Shown here piece by piece: positions 53,492-59,427 of a stretch of DNA of 64,000 nt (position 1 is the first letter of the stretch; every line of letters begins with the position of its first letter). A model generated the notes under the pieces. The model ran no database searches, was not told the origin of the DNA, and was given only the letters and a program-made list of their open reading frames with translations. The position numbers and the translations under genes were made by a program. The stretch spans positions 186,001 to 250,000 of the IMG/VR virus record IMGVR_UViG_3300032288_004964. One strand, written 5' to 3'.

Positions 53492-55105
53492 TATAGAGTT
53501 AATTGCCTTTTCAATATGTTTTAGTCTTTCTTTAGTTTCCTCTAAATCTTTCTTATTTACTCTATCCATGTAATAGCTAACATCTGATAAATCATTGAAG
53601 TATTTTAATATAGCTTGAACTCTATCTGGCAACAAAAAGACATCTTCATTTATTATATTTCTAATAGTATCTACTTTAGATTTAATAACTCTCATATCTT
53701 CAATACTATTAGCTTCTTGAGAGTAAATTATATCAAATATTTTAGAACCGATTTCTGTACATTTAGATATAATTTCCCTAATTAAAACATCTTCTTCACT
53801 TTCACTATTGTGATTTTTCATAATCCAATTGTATGATTTTTCATATTCTTTTTTAAAATTTGAAGACCTATTATAAATTGTTTTATATTGTTCCATTAAT
53901 TCTTTAAAATAGTACTGTCTATCTTCTTGACTATTTTTAAAATGTCTTATAAAATTATATAAGTAGTTTATAAAATTATCAACTGGTTTATAACTACCAG
54001 AATAAATAGAAAACAATGAATATTTACCAACTAGTGAGGTTGCAATAACCTTTTGTAAATTTTTAACATCTGACTTATCTACTGAGACTCCAAATTTTAA
54101 TATCAATTGATTTAAATATCTTTCTAAATTAACCTTTTTGATTTCTTCATCAGACATTAGTTTAAGAGCTCCTTTACGAGATTCCTTTCTTTCTTTTGAA
54201 ATATCAGAAGGCATTTCATAGAATGCTGCTTTATCTGGGTTAATCATATCATCAAAGAATAAAATTATTGAAAAGTCTGCTTCTTGTAATAAACCATCAT
54301 TATCTATACTTGAAAAGGAATTTTCCCATTTTGTTATTGTACCATCTGATCTAACTGGTAGATTCCAATCTAATGGGTTTTCTAAATCTTCAATAATATC
54401 ACTTTCTAATCTAAAAGGTTTATCATCTATAATATAATGGTGTAATTTACAATGATCATCTCCTATATTATTTAATCTACCAAGATTCCAACTATATCTA
54501 CCAAATTGATTCCAGTCTATATAATCACTTGGAGAATCTCCATCAGCAACATTCTGTATAGCAAATAATCTATCTCTTTCTAATATAATAGTAGCCGGTG
54601 CTGTGTAATCTTTTTCTGGATAACTCGCAAAACAACCAACCACTTCATCACCTGTTTTAAGTGATGAGTAATTTTTTACAGGAACTAACTTACCAGAGTT
54701 ATAATCAAATTTATTTTTTATAAATTCCAACTCACTTTCACTGAAAGGTTCATTTTTACCCGGTTTTGACAATGTGTATTTATAATTCTTATTTGATGTG
54801 GCTGTATATCCTAAATATCCTGATTCTAATGAAAACCAAAACTTTAAGCAATATATACCCCAACGGTTATTTAATTCACCATCAAATTTTATTTTAAGAG
54901 CTTCTTTTCTATTTGTGTATTTTATGAAAGAATCATCTATTTTATCAATTGGATAATCATAATTATCCTTCATTTTTCTTAATACTTTAAGAAATTGTTC
55001 CTTAGATTTTTTAGACCTTTTATCTAAAAATCCTAATGTTTTTGAAATAGCTTTTGAATCAAAAGCTTCATTTAAAAATTGATATCTTTGTTTGATATAT
55101 TTCAT
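53483..55105 (-). CDS. Hypothetical protein (MKYIKQRYQFLNE), putative head-internal protein
   Basis: 540 aa; TAATATATA upstream on the minus strand (55112-55120). Confidence 0.6.
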   Translation of the reverse strand: MKYIKQRYQFLNEAFDSKAISKTLGFLDKRSKKSKEQFLKVLRKMKDNYDYPIDKIDDSFIKYTNRKEALKIKFDGELNNRWGIYCLKFWFSLESGYLGYTATSNKNYKYTLSKPGKNEPFSESELEFIKNKFDYNSGKLVPVKNYSSLKTGDEVVGCFASYPEKDYTAPATIILERDRLFAIQNVADGDSPSDYIDWNQFGRYSWNLGRLNNIGDDHCKLHHYIIDDKPFRLESDIIEDLENPLDWNLPVRSDGTITKWENSFSSIDNDGLLQEADFSIILFFDDMINPDKAAFYEMPSDISKERKESRKGALKLMSDEEIKKVNLERYLNQLILKFGVSVDKSDVKNLQKVIATSLVGKYSLFSIYSGSYKPVDNFINYLYNFIRHFKNSQEDRQYYFKELMEQYKTIYNRSSNFKKEYEKSYNWIMKNHNSESEEDVLIREIISKCTEIGSKIFDIIYSQEANSIEDMRVIKSKVDTIRNIINEDVFLLPDRVQAILKYFNDLSDVSYYMDRVNKKDLEETKERLKHIEKAINSILK

Positions 55106-55127
55106 GTTACTTATATATTAAAATTTT

Positions 55128-55159
55128 TTTGGATAATTAAAACTTTAACTCTATATTTG
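55128..55159 (+). promoter_or_regulatory. Bacteroidota-type sigma-A promoter (-33/-7)
   Basis: TTTG, 20-nt spacer, TATATTTG; followed by about 410 nt without a convincing ORF. Confidence 0.7.
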
Positions 55160-55164
55160 TGTAA

Positions 55165-55535
55165 TAATAAAATAAGTTATTAGAATAGTATCACAATAGA
55201 TTTTTGATATGATTTCTTTTAATGTTTATGGTAGTAAGTAGCTGTTAAATAAGTTAATACCCTTGTTAAACACAGTGAACTACCTTGTATTATAATATAT
55301 GATATAAGTTAAGGGTGTAGGCATTGAAGTTGTATTGGTGATAGATGTCTCAAATTATAATGTAGTAAATCCAATATTGTGAAGATTAATTCGAGTAGAA
55401 TGGTAACACTACTCAACCAAAGACCGAATAGACTGGATCGAAAGGTTTTTAAGAGATAAGTCCAAGTGATTAGATCACTAAAAGTTAGGTTAAGGTTATA
55501 GGCTTTCGACCATACCTAACAGAAGTTCCAACAAT
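55165..55535 (+). ncRNA. Candidate structured non-coding RNA or long 5' leader, class unknown
   Basis: Own promoter; several helices in a locally G/C-enriched stretch (see findings). Confidence 0.35.
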
Positions 55536-55571
55536 TTTCACATTAATATTAAACAATTAAAATAAAATAAA

Positions 55572-55997
55572 ATGACACTAAAAGAAAGAATAAATGCTGA
55601 CTATATTAAAGCATTTAAGGAAAAGAACAGTATTGAAAAGAATTTGCTTTCAGTAGTAAAAGCTGAAATCACTACAATTGAAAAAAATACCTCGGTTGAG
55701 AATCTTTCGGATGCTGATGTTACAAAGATTCTTAATAAAACAGCTAAATCACTGAATGAAACTATTAAATCTTTAACATCTACTGATCATAGTGAAAATT
55801 TAGTACAAGCTTGTATGGAATTGGATATCATTCAAAGTTATCTTCCAAAACAAATGTCTAAAGAAGAAGTTGATGCAAAAGTAAATGAACTTGTTACATC
55901 TGGTATTACTCAAATTGGTGCTATTATGAAAGAATTTGCAACTTTACCAGTCGACAAGAAAATGGTTTCTGAGTCAATAAAAGAAATTGTAAAATAA
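55572..55997 (+). CDS. GatB/YqeY domain protein
   Basis: MTLKERINADYIKAFKEKN...YLPKQMSKEEV...IGAIMK. Confidence 0.85.
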   Translation: MTLKERINADYIKAFKEKNSIEKNLLSVVKAEITTIEKNTSVENLSDADVTKILNKTAKSLNETIKSLTSTDHSENLVQACMELDIIQSYLPKQMSKEEVDAKVNELVTSGITQIGAIMKEFATLPVDKKMVSESIKEIVK

Positions 55998-56045
55998 AAT
56001 AAACAAAAAGAATATTTTTGAATATATAAAATAAAATATAATTTT

Positions 56046-56255
56046 ATGAGTCTTAGAAATAACGGAATAATTTCAGAATCTGAATACAAAGGAAAAACCA
56101 TTGAAGAAGCTAAAAGATATGCTGAAGAAGGTGGATTTGTTACTAGAGTAGTAGAAGAAAATGGAATTGCTCTTATGTTAGACATGACTGCTAAATCTAA
56201 CAGAATTAACTTTAGAGTTAGAGATGGATTTGTAACCGCAGCATTTGGCGGATAA
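56046..56255 (+). CDS. Small protein resembling I78/potato-I-type peptidase inhibitors
   Basis: RVVEENG...DMTAKSNRINFRVRDGFV...GG pattern. Confidence 0.45.
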   Translation: MSLRNNGIISESEYKGKTIEEAKRYAEEGGFVTRVVEENGIALMLDMTAKSNRINFRVRDGFVTAAFGG

Positions 56256-56275
56256 TTTTTAATATATATAATAAT

Positions 56276-56320
56276 ATGATGTAGATTTTAACATATAACA
56301 ACTTAGAAAGACCTCCTTAA
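56276..56320 (+). promoter_or_regulatory. Leader ORF with internal amber codon: MM*ILTYNNLERPP (stop TAA)
   Basis: ATG ATG TAG ATT TTA ACA TAT AAC AAC TTA GAA AGA CCT CCT TAA after TAATATATA (56260-68); its last codons overlap the 5' arm of the terminator. Confidence 0.65.
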
Positions 56321-56385
56321 TAGGAATTTAACTGACTAGCTAAATAGCACTCGGTTAGACACTTATTATGGAGGTATTTTATTTT
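56311..56385 (+). terminator. Attenuator-type terminator upstream of the Pth2-like gene
   Basis: ACCTCCTTAATAGG (56311-24) pairs with CTTATTATGGAGGT (56362-75) with one mismatch, enclosing TAACTGA/TCGGTTA; followed by ATTTTATTTT. Confidence 0.6.
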
Positions 56386-56407
56386 AAACAAAAACAAAAA
56401 AACAATT

Positions 56408-56764
56408 ATGAACAATTAGATTAATGAAACAAAATTAATAGTTATCACAAGAAGTGATATCTCAAATGGCTACCAAGTAGTACAATCAACACATTCAATA
56501 GCAGACTTTGCCTTTGAATTTCCTCAAACATTCTCCCAATGGAAAGGAGAATCAAATTCTATTATCTGCCTTTCAGTTAAAAATGAATTTGAATTACAAA
56601 AACTTTATCATAAATACAAAGACCTGACCGAAACAGTTATGTTTTTTGAACCTGATGTAGATCAGTTTACATCACTGTGTCTTTATGGTACACCAAAAAT
56701 CCGTAAAAGCCTTTCTCACTTACCCCTGGCTCTAAAAAATAAAAATCAAGAAAATGAAATTTAA
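56408..56764 (+). CDS. Peptidyl-tRNA hydrolase 2 (Pth2)-like protein with in-frame TAG at codon 4 (not in the ORF track)
   Basis: MNN*INETKLIVITRSDISNGYQVVQSTHSIADF...W..ESNSIICLSV..EFEL...FFEPD...TSLCL...LPLAL; 118 codons with no other stop. Confidence 0.7.
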
Positions 56765-57437
56765 TTTATTCAAAAAAAAGGAAAAAGTGGTAGAACCAGT
56801 TTTACCTAAACCAGTAATATACACAGTTAATAATACAAATTATACTATAGAAGATAGTTTTCCAATAAAGATACAATCACAAGCTGGTGATGTTTCTGTA
56901 TATGGTTATACATTAGAAGTTAGATGGAAAGACCAAAAAGGAGAATGGTATAGTTGGATGACTTACTGGAATCATAGAATCTATGTTAGTAGAAGTTCAG
57001 CTTTAGATGCTGCTATTAAAGTATTCCCAAGCTATAGAGATGGATATGAATGGAGAATAACTCCACTTTACAAAATGACTGAACCAGAATACAGAGATTA
57101 TAAAATTGACCAATTATTATCAGAGAAAAAAGTTAATAGAGAACCAATTGTATATGAGATTAAAGCTTGGAAAGTAAAAGATGATTGTGAAATTCATTAT
57201 GAAAAAACAAACCATACTTACAAATACTCAAAAGGAACTTTATTCATCCAAATGGAGAATGGTAATATTGTAACAATAAAGGATCCAAGGACTTTTGTTG
57301 GATATGGTAGTAGACATCATCTATTTAATGAATTGGTTAAAGATGAAAGAGTAGAAGAAGTAGACATTCAAAATGAAAAGTGGGCACATCCTCACTTATG
57401 TAAAGAATTAAAAACAAAAATAAAAAATAAAAACTAA
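56754..57437 (+). CDS. Hypothetical protein with internal RDYKIDQLL motif
   Basis: 227 aa; overlaps the end of the Pth2-like gene. Confidence 0.6.
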   Translation: MKFNLFKKKEKVVEPVLPKPVIYTVNNTNYTIEDSFPIKIQSQAGDVSVYGYTLEVRWKDQKGEWYSWMTYWNHRIYVSRSSALDAAIKVFPSYRDGYEWRITPLYKMTEPEYRDYKIDQLLSEKKVNREPIVYEIKAWKVKDDCEIHYEKTNHTYKYSKGTLFIQMENGNIVTIKDPRTFVGYGSRHHLFNELVKDERVEEVDIQNEKWAHPHLCKELKTKIKNKN

Positions 57438-57441
57438 AATT

Positions 57442-58029
57442 ATGTTGTAGATTACAAAACAAGAATTAAGTCAAAAAATGACTGAATGTTATCAGACCAA
57501 AGGTCAGTCTGTTTTAGAACACGGCATTTCAGTTAAAAATTACTTATTTGATTTAGTCAATCATTTAAGAAGTAATGATCCATTACAATATGAATGGAAT
57601 CTACCAGATTGGTTATTGCAAAATAAAGACCTTATTTTATCATCATCACCAGATGATGAAACTCTAGAACTATACACAGTCTATCATGATTGTGGTAAAC
57701 CCTTTTGTACAGAAATAGATGAAAATGGTAAGAGACATTTTCCAAATCACGCGGAAGTATCTTATAACTATTTCAACCAAGTATTTAGTAACCCAGTCGC
57801 TGCAGATTTAATACTACATGATATGGACATTCATTTATTGAAATCCGATGGTGTTGTAGAATTCTGTCAGAATCCTCAAGCTTTAACTTTATTATTAACA
57901 GGTTTAGCCGAGTTACATTCAAATGCTCAAATGTTTGGTGGTACTCAATCAACCTCTTTCAAGATTAAATGGAAGAGTATTAATCAAAGAGGTAAACAAA
58001 TTATTAATCAACTAAAAAATAAAAACTAA
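57442..58029 (+). CDS. HD-domain hydrolase; probable true start 57442 with in-frame TAG at codon 3
   Basis: EHG...YHDCGKPF...HFPNHAEVS...HDMDIH motifs; ATG TTG TAG ATT is in frame with the annotated ATG at 57478. Confidence 0.7.
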
Positions 58030-58033
58030 AATT

Positions 58034-58417
58034 ATGAAAACAACAGAACAAATCAAATCAGAAATCGTTAATTATTTAACAAAAACATCAATTCACACTT
58101 TTGCGAAACCAAAATCAACTTATAAATATGGAAAAGAAGGTTCATATTATGAGTATGACTATGAAAACTTTACTTATTTCAAAGTATTTAAAAAAGATGA
58201 AGACTTTTATGTATTAGAGAATAGCAATGGTCAAAATACACCTACAACTTATAAGTTGAGAAAAATTGATATTGATTATTATATAACTTATTATGGTAAT
58301 AATGCTAAATGTGTTATTAGTAATAATTTATTCTTAGATAAAAAAATGAAGAGCACTAAGAAGAACAAGTATGTTATGTCTGAGATTGATGAAATTACTA
58401 AAAATATTACAAAATAA
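58034..58417 (+). CDS. Hypothetical protein
   Basis: 127 aa. Confidence 0.55.
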   Translation: MKTTEQIKSEIVNYLTKTSIHTFAKPKSTYKYGKEGSYYEYDYENFTYFKVFKKDEDFYVLENSNGQNTPTTYKLRKIDIDYYITYYGNNAKCVISNNLFLDKKMKSTKKNKYVMSEIDEITKNITK

Positions 58418-58449
58418 TTTGGTGGGTTAAAAAATTCATCTTATATTTG
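58418..58449 (+). promoter_or_regulatory. Bacteroidota-type sigma-A promoter (-33/-7)
   Basis: TTTG, 20-nt spacer, TATATTTG. Confidence 0.7.
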
Positions 58450-58455
58450 TATTCA

Positions 58456-58535
58456 TAAGGGTGTTAGTATAATACGCAAAACTTAATTATGATAAGCGCT
58501 TCCCATCTCGAAGGATAAAATCATAACCCTTTTTT
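58456..58535 (+). ncRNA. Candidate stand-alone small RNA of about 80 nt
   Basis: Starts about 7 nt after the -7 element; 5' AAGGG pairs with 3' CCCTT, TTATGAT pairs with ATCATAA, ends in a T-run. Confidence 0.45.
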
Positions 58536-58643
58536 GAAAAAAAATTAAAAAATATTAGGTAGATATAAAACTTTTATCTATATTTGTATAAAATAAGAAA
58601 AAAATAACAAAAGAGAGAATAATTTTTTAATATATAAGAAATA

Positions 58644-58739
58644 ATGACAACAATTCGCACACATAAACATTTTAGTAAATCGAGTAAGTGGTTTAGTCTC
58701 CACGGGTTCGGTACTAATAGCGTATTGTTTAAATTTTAA
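58644..58739 (+). promoter_or_regulatory. His/Phe/Trp(/Lys)-containing leader peptide MTTIRTHKHFSKSSKWFSLHGFGTNSVLFKF
   Basis: 31-aa ORF after TATATTTG (58579-86) and TAATATATA (58628-36), upstream of a terminator and tRNA-His/Phe/His/Trp. Confidence 0.75.
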
Positions 58740-58774
58740 GTATGATAAAATTATAAATTGACAATATTCAAATT

Positions 58775-58810
58775 AAGTCCGAACTAAAAAGTTCGGACTT
58801 TTTTGTTTTT
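58775..58810 (+). terminator. Intrinsic terminator (attenuator) directly upstream of the first tRNA
   Basis: AAGTCCGAACT-AAAA-AGTTCGGACTT perfect 11-bp stem plus TTTTGTTTTT, 4 nt before tRNA-His. Confidence 0.85.
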
Positions 58811-58814
58811 ATAT

Positions 58815-58906
58815 GGTATCGTTAATGTTAGCGGTTAGTGTTGAGAAATCAACCAGCATATGGCTCTGTGAAAGCCAAGGGATGGATTCGAATTCCATAC
58901 GATACC
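58815..58906 (+). tRNA. tRNA-His(GUG) with G-1 and a hairpin insertion in the D-loop
   Basis: GGTATCGT/ACGATACC, TGGCT-CTGTGAA-AGCCA, ATGGA-TTCGAAT-TCCAT; D-loop contains GTTGA-GAAA-TCAAC. Confidence 0.85.
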
Positions 58907-58911
58907 CAAAA

Positions 58912-58987
58912 GGAACCTAAGCTAATCAGGTGAAAGCACTAGACTGAAAATCTAGGGAGCCCGGATCGATACCGGGAGGTTCCACCA
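58912..58987 (+). tRNA. tRNA-Phe(GAA)
   Basis: GGAACCT/AGGTTCC, CTAGA-CTGAAAA-TCTAG, CCCGG-ATCGATA-CCGGG, encoded ACCA. Confidence 0.92.
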
Positions 58988-58993
58988 AAATAT

Positions 58994-59067
58994 GGTGTGT
59001 GTAGCTCAATCGGTAGAGCGTTGGTTTGTGGAGCCAAAGGCAGCGGGATCGTAACCCGTCACACACC
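58994..59067 (+). tRNA. tRNA-His(GUG), second copy
   Basis: GGTGTGTG/CACACACC (G-1:C73), GCTC/GAGC D-stem, TTGGT-TTGTGGA-GCCAA, GCGGG-ATCGTAA-CCCGT. Confidence 0.9.
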
Positions 59068-59185
59068 CTGTAAGGATGGTAATCCCCTACTTTGAGTGAA
59101 AAGTAACGATGTGACGACAATCACAGAAGAGTGAAAAGTAACAAAAAAAGTAAAATTGTACTCCTCTCTTGTCGGAGAGGTAAAT

Positions 59186-59256
59186 ACGTCATACAGACAA
59201 GGTGTCGGTCAGGTCTCCAAAACCTCGATGGCTGGGTTCGATTCCTGGATGGCGTG
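59186..59256 (+). tRNA. tRNA-Trp(CCA)
   Basis: ACGTCAT/ATGGCGT acceptor, AGGT-CTCCAAA-ACCT, CTGGG-TTCGATT-CCTGG, G73. Confidence 0.85.
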
Positions 59257-59262
59257 CAAAAA

Positions 59263-59307
59263 ATGAAATATAAAAAAATGAAAACTAAAATGAAATATAA
59301 ACGATAG
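59263..59307 (+). promoter_or_regulatory. Lys-rich mini-ORF MKYKKMKTKMKYKR followed by an 11-bp hairpin, upstream of three tRNA-Lys genes
   Basis: 7 AAA codons in 14; stop TAG overlaps GGCAACGGTTC-ATAC-GGATCGTTGCC (59307-59332). Confidence 0.45.
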
Positions 59308-59345
59308 GCAACGGTTCATACGGATCGTTGCCCAAACAAGACAAT

Positions 59346-59418
59346 GATTCCGTAGCTCAATTGGTGGAGCTTCTGGCTTTTAACCAGAAGGTTGTGGGTT
59401 CAAACCCCACCGGGATCA
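59346..59418 (+). tRNA. tRNA-Lys(UUU), canonical type I
   Basis: GATTCCG/CGGGATC, TCTGG-CTTTTAA-CCAGA, GTGGG-TTCAAAC-CCCAC. Confidence 0.92.
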
Positions 59419-59427
59419 CTAAAAATA

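Noticed and set aside
55209-55241. 10-codon ORF MISFNVYGSK ending in TAG as another amber leader
   Set aside because: No TAG-ATT context, no clear terminator overlap and no cognate downstream logic; insufficient support
55420-55530. Group I intron or RNase P RNA core
   Set aside because: AGACT...ATAAGTCC resembles P7-like strands, but no convincing P3/P4 partners, exon context or RNase P P4 pairing were found; kept only as an unclassified structured RNA
52689-55571. tmRNA (ssrA) next to smpB
   Set aside because: No GGGG-type 5' acceptor strand and no T-arm/CCA 3' end recognisable in the nearby intergenic regions
59094-59142. Mini-CRISPR array
   Set aside because: Only two 14-nt repeats with a 21-nt spacer; too short and no cas genes
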